From a virus (taxonomy: Duplodnaviria; Caudoviricetes): 34,748 nt of DNA. The stretch covers positions 1 to 34,748 of the IMG/VR virus record IMGVR_UViG_3300014613_001551; one strand, 5' to 3'. Below the pieces are notes generated by a model. That model had not been told where the DNA came from, made no database searches, and saw only the letters and a program-made list of their open reading frames with translations. The position numbers and the translations under genes are program-made. This document shows, piece after piece, positions 10,210 to 20,346 of this stretch; position 1 is the stretch's first letter, and the number at the start of each line of letters is the position of its first letter.

Positions 10210-10863
10210 CTAAAATAGCCACAAACTACATAACCTACGGCCGGCCGGGAAGGTGTTTACTGGTAGTGCCGTAATCTCAACGGGAATGTTATTCTCGCCA
10301 TTGCGTGCCATGGTCCCCCAGTCAAACCCATTAGTAACAATAGCTTTATAGATAGTAAGAATACCACCAGAGATACCATTAGCAATGTTAGCAGTGTCAA
10401 TAGCATGACAATCTACATTAGTCCATTCTACAGTAATAGGTCGAGAAATCATATCACAGCCACCACCAGTAGCAAACACTTTTTCAGACGAATCCTCATT
10501 ATCAAAGGCTGTAGTGTGCAACAGAAGCTCGACCAACTCGGGCTTAAGTTCTTTTGCTTCAAACGACAAGGTAAGTGATTCATCAGTCATATCAAAGATT
10601 GTACCCTGTGGAGCATTAGCAGAATCTACCGGCTCAAACGTTTTAGAAAGAACCTGACCCATACTAGCTAACAATCCCACCTCAAAATACTTTGTACTGT
10701 CCTCGAATCCTACGGGAATACTGTTGTAATTATAAGAATAACTATCAAAATCCAGCGCAGTAGTCCAACCAGTCTTTCCAATAAGAACTCGAACTTCCGG
10801 TTTCACCAAGAATCCCTCAGATACCACCGGTGCAGAGGGAGTATAATCACCAAAAGAAGACAT
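10210..10863 (-). CDS. Major tail (tube) protein
   Basis: 217 aa, beta-rich (ESLTLSFEAKEL; ILTIYKAIVTNGF..NNIPVEITAL), AGGAGG RBS, upstream of chaperones and TMP. Confidence 0.8.
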   Translation of the reverse strand: MSSFGDYTPSAPVVSEGFLVKPEVRVLIGKTGWTTALDFDSYSYNYNSIPVGFEDSTKYFEVGLLASMGQVLSKTFEPVDSANAPQGTIFDMTDESLTLSFEAKELKPELVELLLHTTAFDNEDSSEKVFATGGGCDMISRPITVEWTNVDCHAIDTANIANGISGGILTIYKAIVTNGFDWGTMARNGENNIPVEITALPVNTFPAGRRLCSLWLF

Positions 10864-10873
10864 AATTTACCTC

Positions 10874-11299
10874 CTATATTTCTATTTGTTTCTTGACGGG
10901 TCTGTCCCGTTCTACTTTTTCGCTAATAACTTTAGTACCCCTCACATCTAGTTTTGCCTCATTACTTGGCTTATTTGGTTTTCCCCAATCTGCTACATCT
11001 GTTTTCTTTTCCGTAACCGCCGGAACTACAGGAACCACTGGCTCTTTCAATTCTATGGGCGGCGGCAGAGCACCAACCGGAGCCATACCCTTTTTCACGG
11101 GCTTTATAATACTTCTACCACTATGCGCGCAGTAGAACTCAACCTCTTTATTGGCTACATATTCAAAGTCATCAGATCTAACCGCACAACCCATGTGAGT
11201 AATTTCATACGGGGTGCCACTTGGTGCTTCCCCTTTTACTATTCGTACTACACCAACACGAGCATCAACCAAAACCCATTGCCACTTTATTTGTGCCAT
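10874..11299 (-). CDS. Hypothetical virion-module protein with Pro/Val/Lys-rich C-terminal half
   Basis: 141 aa, GAGGAG RBS, between putative tail terminator and tube; low-complexity PVGALPPPIELKEPVVPVVPAVTEKK. Confidence 0.7.
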   Translation of the reverse strand: MAQIKWQWVLVDARVGVVRIVKGEAPSGTPYEITHMGCAVRSDDFEYVANKEVEFYCAHSGRSIIKPVKKGMAPVGALPPPIELKEPVVPVVPAVTEKKTDVADWGKPNKPSNEAKLDVRGTKVISEKVERDRPVKKQIEI

Positions 11300-11300
11300 A

Positions 11301-11810
11301 TTAGCAACTCCTCATTTTAAATTCGATACTTGAATACATAATAGGAAAATCATTTATGATAAACTCTTCTGAGTTATTAACTCGTATTCCATAGTCTAGT
11401 TCTATATAATACGTTGAATCCCCATAAGTTAGTCTTCCATTACTAGCCTGTAAGATAGTAGTAATAGAATTCACAATTCGATCTCTAACTATTAGGAAAT
11501 CAAAAACCATTGTCTGATAAAGTGTATCCTCGGATTGCTGTGCAAATATAAAGTCAGCCAACTCAATAATAACTAGATAAGAAGTTTCATCTACTATTGG
11601 TAGATTAGAATTGACACTGTCATTATATACAGTTGTTGGAGACCTGGTAGAGATGTTAATATGATAACCACCAGTTGGGGGGGTTAATCTTGTTACCGAA
11701 ATAGTAACAAACTCACGAGCAGCCCCCTGATGAACAATACCAGATACCCAGTCAGCTTTATTGTCATCTACAAAATCTTTAATTGCTAAACGAATTGAAC
11801 TTTCATCCAT
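11301..11810 (-). CDS. Putative tail terminator/completion protein
   Basis: 169 aa, TAATG coupling, begins with a helix (SIRLAIKDFV) and ends in a beta strand (YSSIEFKMR); position upstream of tube. Confidence 0.55.
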   Translation of the reverse strand: MDESSIRLAIKDFVDDNKADWVSGIVHQGAAREFVTISVTRLTPPTGGYHINISTRSPTTVYNDSVNSNLPIVDETSYLVIIELADFIFAQQSEDTLYQTMVFDFLIVRDRIVNSITTILQASNGRLTYGDSTYYIELDYGIRVNNSEEFIINDFPIMYSSIEFKMRSC

Positions 11811-12922
11811 TAGTTGTCATCCACCAAAATAACCCTACGAGATACTGGAAAGTTTTTAGCAAAGTTTTCAGCACGGCTATATTTGAGTGCTCCCCCGCTT
11901 TTTAGAGTTCGAGGAACCATTGTTTTCATGCCCATTGCTTCAACAAACTGACCAGATGACATTAAAGATTCAATATCCTCTTGATAATTAGACTCAAAAT
12001 TCTCAGTAACATTAGTTAGTTTCTGTTGGAACCAATTAGCTCCCTCAACGTTTCCGGGGTGATGCACATATTCAGTCATAAATGCCGCGCCACCTTCAGG
12101 TAATCCTAAACCAGCAGGAGGTTTGTCCCACCAGAATAAAAGTTTCTTGCGTTTGCTGGCTGCCTCAATAAGGTGTGGATTAGTAGCAATAACATGTAGC
12201 TCATTTCCCCGTGTCATCATATTAGCAACAAAGATTGAAAGTGGTGATGTGGAAAAAAGCTCAACATTAAAAGTATATACTAACTCACCAAACAATTTCT
12301 GATGGCTGAGATAATCATATTCATCCTGTCCCAAGGCGTATTCAAAATCATCAGCCAGCTCAAGTTTGATTTGCTTTCTGCGCTCTGTGTTTTGTCTAAT
12401 AGATACATACCAGCTATCTTTGAACTCTGGTTCATCCAATCCCAATCTCTTAGACGCTCTGATAAATGTTTTTGGTCGTTTTAATGGAAACTTTAATAGA
12501 AAGTGTTGATGCCCCTCTTTAATTGGTTTATCAGTAGGAACCCCACCAGAGATAGAAGTTACTTCTACTCCATGCCCTTGCTTGCTCTTTGCACTGCTTA
12601 AACTGCTATATGCACGAGTCATATACGCCTCAGAAACATTGATACTTGCTTCACCCCCCAAATCAGACCCAGACCAATGTGCTTGTGCTAATCCCTCAAC
12701 TACCTTTGACATCTCATCAGCATATTTAACAGCAATCTTTAGATGTTCTATATATGCAGATGATTGAGCCATTGCAATTCCAGCAGCCCAACGGTCAAGA
12801 TTTACAACTCCCTTACGCACTACTCGCTTACCTACTTGTGCTAAATCCTTTTCTTCCACTCGTCTTTCTATGCCACCACCATCATCAATAGTCATAGAAA
12901 CATTAACCAATGGTCTAGCCAC
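11810..12922 (-). CDS. Putative neck protein, HK97 gp10-like C-terminal part with large extension
   Basis: 370 aa; HLIEA..KKLLFWW..FMTEYVHHPG..NWF resembles the gp10-like H-I..L-F..V-HPG motif; position in neck module. Confidence 0.55.
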   Translation of the reverse strand: MARPLVNVSMTIDDGGGIERRVEEKDLAQVGKRVVRKGVVNLDRWAAGIAMAQSSAYIEHLKIAVKYADEMSKVVEGLAQAHWSGSDLGGEASINVSEAYMTRAYSSLSSAKSKQGHGVEVTSISGGVPTDKPIKEGHQHFLLKFPLKRPKTFIRASKRLGLDEPEFKDSWYVSIRQNTERRKQIKLELADDFEYALGQDEYDYLSHQKLFGELVYTFNVELFSTSPLSIFVANMMTRGNELHVIATNPHLIEAASKRKKLLFWWDKPPAGLGLPEGGAAFMTEYVHHPGNVEGANWFQQKLTNVTENFESNYQEDIESLMSSGQFVEAMGMKTMVPRTLKSGGALKYSRAENFAKNFPVSRRVILVDDN

Positions 12923-12925
12923 AAT

Positions 12926-13501
12926 CTATACCCATTGATAAGACGCTAACTGTGATTGAATATATATCTCGTATGCTTCAACCTCACCAGCCGAATCAAA
13001 GAAACTAAGATGATCTGCTAGTTCCATATAATCGGTATTACCCTCCGATGTCATAGCAGCACGCTGAGTTAAAAGAAATCGCTCAGCCTTTGAACCATTA
13101 CGATAACTAGCCCGTAGTCCTGTTTCACCTCGTACTAATCTGGTTAAGAAACTATTAAAGTGTGTAAAGAATACATTACCAGGACTAGTTGAAAGACCCG
13201 GACCCATAGCAGGAGCAGGCCGCATTGAGTCACCTATAATTCCAGCAGCCCCTGATGCCACCATATAATCAAGAAAGTAGGTCTGTGAATCAGGCCAATC
13301 CTCACCAGTCATTGCCGCTAATGGAAGTATATACCCAACCTCAGAAAGACTATGATCTAACAAAGAAGCTGCATATTTAAGATAATACGCTACCTGTACC
13401 GCTGTTGGTCTAGTTGCAGCAGATGCACCAGCTGGAAACAGTTGAAAAAGTAATATATCCAGCGTAGATGCAGTTGAATAAGGGAAGAGAGCCACTGCCA
13501 T
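12926..13501 (-). CDS. Putative head-tail adaptor
   Basis: First gene after capsid; ATG 13501 (MAVALFPYST) with AAGGAG RBS; RPT..QV..YL..A..LD..L...GY.LP pattern typical of gp6/gp15/Mu gp36-like adaptors. Confidence 0.65.
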   Translation of the reverse strand: MAVALFPYSTASTLDILLFQLFPAGASAATRPTAVQVAYYLKYAASLLDHSLSEVGYILPLAAMTGEDWPDSQTYFLDYMVASGAAGIIGDSMRPAPAMGPGLSTSPGNVFFTHFNSFLTRLVRGETGLRASYRNGSKAERFLLTQRAAMTSEGNTDYMELADHLSFFDSAGEVEAYEIYIQSQLASYQWV

Positions 13502-13600
13502 ACTGCTACTCCTTAACTCTTTTAATATCACTTATTGTAAAGTCAGCTACATTTTTCATCATTGTACCCTCTCTTTCTTCATTCCACTCACCAATGATAC

Positions 13601-13628
13601 TATGGGGGGAAGTGCCCTCCCCCCCATA
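13601..13628 (-). terminator. Strong GC-rich hairpin downstream of capsid gene (terminator/attenuator or stabiliser)
   Basis: Minus strand TATGGGGGGGAG-GGCA-CTTCCCCCCATA, 12 bp including one G-U; no clear poly-U tail. Confidence 0.5.
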
Positions 13629-13759
13629 AAGAGAGAGAGTAGAATGAAAGTCCAGTTGTACCTTATCTTTTTCCTTTTCCTATGTGTATTCTCAGGACTA
13701 TGTGAATGAGGAATATGCCTCACGCTAGAGGGGAAAGATAAATGTTTAATTAAAGTTTA

Positions 13760-14905
13760 TCAACTCCAAGCATCGAGAACGAAAATGCTTCCTGCGGCAG
13801 TCAGCATCGGGAAGGCGATGGTCTGGATCCCAAGCTCGGAATGAAACGGGGGAATGGGCTGAGTATAACTGTAGGGAAGTTTCCCATTTTCGTAGATCCC
13901 GTCAGGCCCAGCTACAGGTGCAAAAGCCAAATCACCAAATTTCTCAGCGGGCGGAAGAATCAAGACCTGCCCATCAGCAAGGAACGGAACAGAATTAATA
14001 GTAGGTCCATCACCACTGTCCACGCTGGTACGGTAAGTCCACATAGCATCGTAAGGCATGAACTTAAACCCAAGATCATTAGCCAAGAAATCTTTTAGAT
14101 TACCAACATTCAAGAAACGAATACCCGTCTCAGTTGCAGCCAAACGGGCCAGAACAGTAGTGTTAGTAACCATTCGGGACCATACTGATTCAGAACAAAT
14201 AATGGTAGAGCCACGAGCAGATAATCCAGTGGTTTTCCAAATAAGTTCTGAGATAACCTCAAGGTCCAGCATTGGATCAGAAGCGGGATCATCCCAAGCA
14301 GCACCACCACCAGCACGAGCATTATATCCACTAAGTGTAGAAGCAGACTGCTTAAAGGTAGACCTAAATGGGAACACGAGAGTAAAGGAAGCTTCCCCCC
14401 ATTCGGGAGCCAACTCAGTAATGGTAGCACCAGTAGAATCTACAGGGGGCCAAACAATCTGTCCCTGCATGGCCTGCATAACAAAGTATTCTAGTGTACT
14501 ATCAATCCTATCATCACACCATTCAATCTTATCGCGTACTTCTCGCATTGCACGAGTACGAGCACTCTTTTCCGCACGACTGGTTACACCAACAGTTCCA
14601 ATATCACGAATGGTCATAATCGCATAGGGATCAAGAATACGTGATGCCATAATGTTCTGCACACGGGCAAACATCTGGCTAAACAATTTATCACTACCGG
14701 GAACAGGACGGCCATTAAGTGCGTACACCCCAGCCAAACCATTCTCGGCCTGCATCACATCCCAGTTAAGTTCGTACTCAAAAACATCTTTCTTGGGCAA
14801 TAGAGTCTGCCCAATGTAATTACGCCTTATAGCCCGCTCATCAGGACGACTCTGGATTACGTCCATCAGAAAACTGCGGTCAAGAGGATTCGGATAGTCA
14901 GTCAT
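13760..14905 (-). CDS. Major capsid protein (lambda gpE-like family)
   Basis: 381 aa, AAGGAG RBS, after protease and decoration protein; RIDSTLEYFVMQAMQGQI and AWDDPASDPMLDL motifs match the Phage_cap_E pattern. Confidence 0.9.
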   Translation of the reverse strand: MTDYPNPLDRSFLMDVIQSRPDERAIRRNYIGQTLLPKKDVFEYELNWDVMQAENGLAGVYALNGRPVPGSDKLFSQMFARVQNIMASRILDPYAIMTIRDIGTVGVTSRAEKSARTRAMREVRDKIEWCDDRIDSTLEYFVMQAMQGQIVWPPVDSTGATITELAPEWGEASFTLVFPFRSTFKQSASTLSGYNARAGGGAAWDDPASDPMLDLEVISELIWKTTGLSARGSTIICSESVWSRMVTNTTVLARLAATETGIRFLNVGNLKDFLANDLGFKFMPYDAMWTYRTSVDSGDGPTINSVPFLADGQVLILPPAEKFGDLAFAPVAGPDGIYENGKLPYSYTQPIPPFHSELGIQTIAFPMLTAAGSIFVLDAWS

Positions 14906-14928
14906 AGTATATTATCTCCTTATTTCAC

Positions 14929-15324
14929 TTATTTCCACTGAAGATGGGACAAACTAGATTTAACCGCAGCACTTATTGTACCAAGGGCCCCACCATAAAT
15001 ATAGCAATATGCCTCAATAAAAGTACCCTCTGTAACGGGGGACACCATCTTTGGCAACAAGCTAAGATCAGTGAATTCATTCAACATACCAACCGCAGTG
15101 TCTGAATAAGTGCCATATGACGCGCCCAAGCTATATGGTACATAGTTTACACCATCTGAGGTTTCGGCCAGCACCATACCCGGATACAAGTATTTATGTC
15201 CGTCAGAATCAGCAGTTATTACTGACTCATCAAAATATTTTCCACCCCTACGTTCCTTGGGCACAGAAGCCATAACAGTAAGAATAGCGCGATGCGCTTT
15301 GGTTACAAAAACATTGTAACTCAT
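14929..15324 (-). CDS. Head decoration protein (gpD-like)
   Basis: 131 aa between scaffold and capsid; DGHKYLYPGMVLA..YVPY..AVGML pattern; GGAGG RBS. Confidence 0.8.
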   Translation of the reverse strand: MSYNVFVTKAHRAILTVMASVPKERRGGKYFDESVITADSDGHKYLYPGMVLAETSDGVNYVPYSLGASYGTYSDTAVGMLNEFTDLSLLPKMVSPVTEGTFIEAYCYIYGGALGTISAAVKSSLSHLQWK

Positions 15325-15345
15325 AGTATTTTACCCTCCGATCGA

Positions 15346-16647
15346 TTATAGATTATAGAAGTCCGTAACAGCATCAGCCCTAGCCTTTTCCTGAGCTTCT
15401 ATATCTTCATGGCTAGGATTCTCAAGTTCAGTATCCCCAGTATCATTACTCTCTACGGGCAACGTATATGGGAATGACAAAAGCATCTCCTTAACCGCAG
15501 TTCGCAACCAATCCTTTAGATTTCCACTATTTGCAGCCAGCTCAATTTTTACATCACCCTCACCCATCCCACTACCAGACAATAGACGAGCAGCAAAATC
15601 AATAATAACTGGGGCTAGAGATTTACCATCCTTAACTCGATTGCGAGCATTAGCAAGGAGTTTATCATTCTCGGACTGCTCATACTTGGCCTGAAGGGTA
15701 ACTACCTGCTGTGAAAGAGCATCTCGCTCTCCTTCAAGTTCCTTTGCCTTTTCAGCAGTTACTTCCAATTCACGTACCTTAACAGTTAGAGCCTCAAAAT
15801 CCTCTGGACTAATAGACATCAAAGGCTTCGGCTCAGAAACTACTTTGGCATCACCTGCGTTTTTATCTTTGTTTTCCACTGTTTCCTCCTGATTATTAAT
15901 ATTATCTAATTCGGGCTGTGAAAAAACTATCACAGAACCCGGACTATATTCCGCTTTTCCATCCATTGACAACAAAGCCACCTGCTCCTGTCTATGGATA
16001 AATGGCCGGTTTGTTAGTGCCGCACCCATTAACACCGGACCAAATCCTTGATCTGTCTCTGAATCCACGTAAGCAGCATCCAGTGACATACTAGCATACT
16101 TAAATTTCTCCGTTCGTATTAACTCCAAACCGGTAGGCAGCATCTGTACCATTAAAGTCAAAACATCTTTATCATATTTTAGGTCTTTAACCCAACCCAC
16201 TGCACCCAAGTCAGGTTCATGGGCAACATCAATACTAAGCTCGAAACCTAAAGTATTAGCATAGAAGTTATTTATCAAAGCAGTAAAGAACGCATCATCA
16301 AACGACATCTCACCATACCAAGGATGCTTAAACTTTGACTTACGAAGAATAGGTATTTGCCCATTAATACTATCATCTAAAGTCTCATCCCCAAGCATAT
16401 CAAAATTGAATTCAGTCATTACCTGAAGCATCCGCATCGGCTCATCCCTAGATGCTTTAACCCATTTACCCCGGGCGTTCTTTATATAACCGGCGTTACT
16501 AACTGCACCCCACGCTATCTTAATAGACTTAGTCTCTTCATCACCGGACTTAGACGAGGTATTAAACGCCCCCATCCAGATTCGTTGTGCTTTTACTGGC
16601 AAAGCCTTAACCATATCTGGTAAATCGTCGATTTTGCTGTATGGCAT
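15346..16647 (-). CDS. ChaB domain - Mu-like prohead protease - scaffold fusion
   Basis: ATG 16647 (MPYSKIDDLP..LPVKAQRIWMGAFN..KIAWGAV..GKWVK, ChaB-like); IDVAH..AVGWVKDL..FKYAS..LMGAALTNRPF (Mu gpI-like protease); C-terminal coiled coil. Confidence 0.88.
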   Translation of the reverse strand: MPYSKIDDLPDMVKALPVKAQRIWMGAFNTSSKSGDEETKSIKIAWGAVSNAGYIKNARGKWVKASRDEPMRMLQVMTEFNFDMLGDETLDDSINGQIPILRKSKFKHPWYGEMSFDDAFFTALINNFYANTLGFELSIDVAHEPDLGAVGWVKDLKYDKDVLTLMVQMLPTGLELIRTEKFKYASMSLDAAYVDSETDQGFGPVLMGAALTNRPFIHRQEQVALLSMDGKAEYSPGSVIVFSQPELDNINNQEETVENKDKNAGDAKVVSEPKPLMSISPEDFEALTVKVRELEVTAEKAKELEGERDALSQQVVTLQAKYEQSENDKLLANARNRVKDGKSLAPVIIDFAARLLSGSGMGEGDVKIELAANSGNLKDWLRTAVKEMLLSFPYTLPVESNDTGDTELENPSHEDIEAQEKARADAVTDFYNL

Positions 16648-16741
16648 AGACACACTCCTAGTTGAAATTTATTGTCTATAGAGAGACTTTAATAGACTCA
16701 TTAAATTATTAAATGTTGAAAAAACTATTTATTCTACCTAT

Positions 16742-16771
16742 ATTATACCACAAAAGTATAGTCTATGTCAA
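16742..16771 (-). promoter_or_regulatory. sigma70-type promoter (family A) for head genes
   Basis: TTGACA-18 bp-TATAAT with extended -10 TG. Confidence 0.88.
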
Positions 16772-16788
16772 GCACCCTACATGTTTCA
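16762..16788. repeat. 27-bp direct repeat, copy 1 (TCTATGTCAAGCACCCTACATGTTTCA)
   Basis: Identical to 32702-32728. Confidence 0.95.
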
Positions 16789-16850
16789 TAAATAAATGAT
16801 GCATATAGTTGAACTATGATAACAAAAAAATCATACATATAAAAAAATCT

Positions 16851-17201
16851 TTAGATAAAAATTTGATGATACGATAAAAAACTATCTACATCTTTTCCGT
16901 AGAGCAAGATTTCAAACCACTCAGATTCAAAAAATCTCATCAGACTACGATACAATAAATGCTCTTTTAGCTGACAGCTATAGAAATAATCATCCTTATT
17001 CTTAACAGCAAAATACTTCCTTCCATACTTGTTGGTCTTAAAGCAATTATTTACACACATGTATGGGCATATATCATTCTCTGAAAAACATACATGTTCA
17101 TACGCTAGAAAGGGCAGATTCTTTGTGTCTCTAATAGCCCTATCTACTATTGCATTAGCCAATGCTTCATATCCAACCTGATTTACATTATGCCTACCCA
17201 T
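16851..17201 (-). CDS. Conserved hypothetical phage protein
   Basis: YEALANAIVDRAIRD..RFFESEWF resembles a common uncharacterised phage protein; likely start ATG 17201, overlapping the upstream stop; Cys-containing insert. Confidence 0.65.
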   Translation of the reverse strand: MGRHNVNQVGYEALANAIVDRAIRDTKNLPFLAYEHVCFSENDICPYMCVNNCFKTNKYGRKYFAVKNKDDYFYSCQLKEHLLYRSLMRFFESEWFEILLYGKDVDSFLSYHQIFI

Positions 17202-18513
17202 CTGCCAATCGCCCTGTAAGCACTGCCTCATTGAATTTCTTTTGAGCATGATCCCAAGTCCAACTCTCAAATTTATTCTTGGCAGCTTGCCCATATTTAA
17301 TACGATACTCTTTTCTATTCCGATAAAAATCGATCAGCGTCTCACCCACTTGTTCAGCCGAGACATGAACTAGTTTCACACCAGTATGCCAATAATCATA
17401 AGAATCTTTTGGCGGTTTCATCATATAAGCAACATCACCATAGATCTCAGTTCGAGCAGTTCCATCATCAACTGTAGCAACTGGTACGCCACACATAGAA
17501 CTCTCCAGGGCCGGGAGTGAAAAACCATGCACGGAAGCCACATCCAACAGCATATCAAAAGTATTCAACTTAGTAATATAAGATGCCTGTGACCATAACT
17601 CTCCACGCTCTTCCATACTAGGGGGCCTATTCAAAGAAAGGAGCTTTTCTTTAGTATTCGGTTTGCTATATGCTCCCATTTTATATTTATACTTATCTTG
17701 TTCGGGCTTAAAAAGAAATGAATCAGCTACATCATAAACCTCACCAGTATAACGAAGGTCATACCCTTGGAGTGCGTTCTGATCATATTGCTGAGCATGT
17801 ATATAGATAATAATATGCTCATACTCTTCAGGATAATTATCTTTTATATATCGCATGGCTTCAAATACTTTAGGATAACAATTGGTACGTTTATTAACCC
17901 CTATCATACCAACAAAGAGCAAGTCATCCTCTATAGCAAACAGATTACGCAAATGTAGCCGCTCAGACTCTTCATATTCCTCAAATGGGGCATGGTCCCA
18001 ACCATGTGATACTTTATATGAAGTAACACCCCATTTAGATAATGCGTCAACCCCAAATTGACAATAGGTTAGTGGAACAGCAGATAACCTCCCAACATTA
18101 ACAGTGGATGGAAATATTGGTAAACCCTCAATAGGAAAATAGGATATTAGAGCAGTATGTTTACCAGGACCGATAATATTATTCTCTAACAGAAATCTGG
18201 CTCTACGCATTAGAGTACCTGGATCACCAACAAAGAATATTCTATCAGGCTCCACTTCATCGCACATTCTGCGCAACAGATTATCACCACCAGGATCATT
18301 AGCATTAGCAGGCCAATAGTGATAAGGAAGCTCACGCATCTTTTCATAATCAGGGGTTATATCTAATGATCCCAATACATATACATCAAAATTAGGATTT
18401 GCTACAAATCCCTCTACAGCCATTCTAACCACATTGCCAAAGCCACTAGTAACCATTGGCGAATCACCAAACACTAGAATCTTTAACGTCTCAGGTAGAA
18501 ACGGACTTTTCAT
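17194..18513 (-). CDS. Glycosyltransferase, GT-B fold (GT4-like)
   Basis: KILVFGDSP..SGFGNVVR N-terminus; VGMIGVNKRTN; HGFSLPALESSMCGVPV (EX7E motif with His at the first position). Confidence 0.9.
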   Translation of the reverse strand: MKSPFLPETLKILVFGDSPMVTSGFGNVVRMAVEGFVANPNFDVYVLGSLDITPDYEKMRELPYHYWPANANDPGGDNLLRRMCDEVEPDRIFFVGDPGTLMRRARFLLENNIIGPGKHTALISYFPIEGLPIFPSTVNVGRLSAVPLTYCQFGVDALSKWGVTSYKVSHGWDHAPFEEYEESERLHLRNLFAIEDDLLFVGMIGVNKRTNCYPKVFEAMRYIKDNYPEEYEHIIIYIHAQQYDQNALQGYDLRYTGEVYDVADSFLFKPEQDKYKYKMGAYSKPNTKEKLLSLNRPPSMEERGELWSQASYITKLNTFDMLLDVASVHGFSLPALESSMCGVPVATVDDGTARTEIYGDVAYMMKPPKDSYDYWHTGVKLVHVSAEQVGETLIDFYRNRKEYRIKYGQAAKNKFESWTWDHAQKKFNEAVLTGRLADG

Positions 18514-19397
18514 TTAATCCTCCTTAATATCTCTGTCCATAATTTAGGGTATACAATATGACTTCCGAACCTATTAACAACATATTCCCGCTCCTCTTCG
18601 GTAACTGGGCCCTTCACATCGTTTAACATTGCCTCAGTTAGGGCCATCACTCTTTCATCAAAGTCTAGAATCTCTGGTATAAAAATAGAAGTCTGATCAA
18701 ACCAATATCTATACATTGGATAATCCAAACATATAGGTCGGCAGCCACACAGAATCCCCTCAATATTCCCCAATTCCATACCTTCGACGTACCGCATACC
18801 ATTGCAAAACCTGCTTTTATTATATATCTCAACCATCTTCTCAACAGATACATTTTCAAAGTGATTAAACCCAGGACCAAAATTAAAGTTATGTCCCACA
18901 TGATTTGTTTCTAACATATTCAATGATGCTGCCTGATACATTTCTTTAATAAATTCCGATTCTGCAACATATCCGGTAGTCATTACTGCATTACGATCCC
19001 CATAATTGGTACGTACAAACACGTCGGTATCAACACCTATTGGCGTTCTTATCATATCAAAAGATATATCTGTAACCCATTCATCCAGTGGATAATAAGA
19101 CATTACTATTGCTTTACTCAAAATATCTCGATACAATTCCTTTGATGGAATATTGGCAGAACCACCAGTCTTGAAGCAATAGAAGAATACCAACATCCTA
19201 TCCATAGGTAAGGTAAACTCATTTAACTCGCCCTCACCTATTAAATGAACAAATCTATAATCTGCCTTATCGGGAGTATCAACAAACTCTATATTGTCGG
19301 GTGCAGATTGTTTTATATTATTGGCAGCAGTTCTAATTCCATACCCAATCTCATCTGGAACCTTTGAATATATTTTTATCATTTCCAGCAATTCCAA
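18510..19397 (-). CDS. Glycosyltransferase, compact GT-B (GT4-like)
   Basis: PIGVDTDVF; MVEIYNKS..EGMELGNIEGILCGCRPI (EX7E). Confidence 0.85.
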   Translation of the reverse strand: MELLEMIKIYSKVPDEIGYGIRTAANNIKQSAPDNIEFVDTPDKADYRFVHLIGEGELNEFTLPMDRMLVFFYCFKTGGSANIPSKELYRDILSKAIVMSYYPLDEWVTDISFDMIRTPIGVDTDVFVRTNYGDRNAVMTTGYVAESEFIKEMYQAASLNMLETNHVGHNFNFGPGFNHFENVSVEKMVEIYNKSRFCNGMRYVEGMELGNIEGILCGCRPICLDYPMYRYWFDQTSIFIPEILDFDERVMALTEAMLNDVKGPVTEEEREYVVNRFGSHIVYPKLWTEILRRIK

Positions 19398-19849
19398 ACC
19401 ATCTCGTGCATATCATGTTCAGTTACTCTCTCCACCTTACTAAATCCAACATCGTTTAATATAGATTCAAAAAGCTCAGGAGTGTAGCCAAATTTATGAT
19501 CAGTGAAAGGAACCGCCTCAAATGTTCCATATATATTATGTAAGATTTCTCTGTTGCCTGTCAATAATGTGGCAGCACAAGCTAGAATATTTGGAACACT
19601 TACTTCCAATAGTCCGCCTGGTTCTAACACGCGCTTTAATTCTAGTAATGCACCTATAACTTCATTCGGCCACAAATGTTCCAGTACATGAAAAACTTCT
19701 ATTCTACTAAAAGTATTATCTTCAAACATATTCATATCTCGTATATCCCCAACCAATACGCCAACACTTGGGCGTATGTCTAATAATATAACAGTATCAT
19801 CAAGATTATGCGTCTCACACTTAGACCCTATTGCAAGTATTGTTGACAT
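19379..19849 (-). CDS. SAM-dependent methyltransferase (Methyltransf_11-like)
   Basis: LAIGS..LDI..GDI..FEDNTFSRI..HVLEH..RVLEPGGLL..VP; type common in glycan clusters. Confidence 0.88.
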   Translation of the reverse strand: MSTILAIGSKCETHNLDDTVILLDIRPSVGVLVGDIRDMNMFEDNTFSRIEVFHVLEHLWPNEVIGALLELKRVLEPGGLLEVSVPNILACAATLLTGNREILHNIYGTFEAVPFTDHKFGYTPELFESILNDVGFSKVERVTEHDMHEMVWNCWK

Positions 19850-20346
19850 TAATTTCTACCTATACCAGTTAATGAGCTCCAATTTCTTCCTGTATGAATC
19901 ATACTTATTGTAGATGAGTGCACACCAAACATATATCCAAGATTTCGTTCTGTGTGTTCGCCTTTTAATCTTACTATTTCCAATACTTGTTCATTAGTAA
20001 GTTTAGCATTATGGTGCCTTTCACCAACATTTGATCCTTTTTTAGTGCCACACTTTCCTCTTCTTCCCTTGCTTATCATATCCTGTATATTATCTTTTTG
20101 TGTGCCCAAAAACAAATGATTTGGGTTAACACATCCTTTATTATCACACTTATGACAAACACATAAGCCCTCAGGTATTTCCCCAAATACTATTGTCCAT
20201 ACAAATCTATGTGCTAACAGTGTTTTTCTATTACACTTAAATTGACCATATCCCGCAATATGTAGGTATCCGCCCCAATCCCAACATGCATTATCATTCC
20301 CTTTATTAACATTATCCCAAAATCTTTTAACGTCTGATTCGTTCAT
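19849..20346 (-). mobile_element. Free-standing HNH homing endonuclease (HNH_3-like) with C-terminal HTH
   Basis: RFWDNV..CWDW..GYG..AHR..VCHKCDNKGCVNPNHL..GTQKDN..DM..KGR, then AKLT..V.EI helix-turn-helix. Confidence 0.93.
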
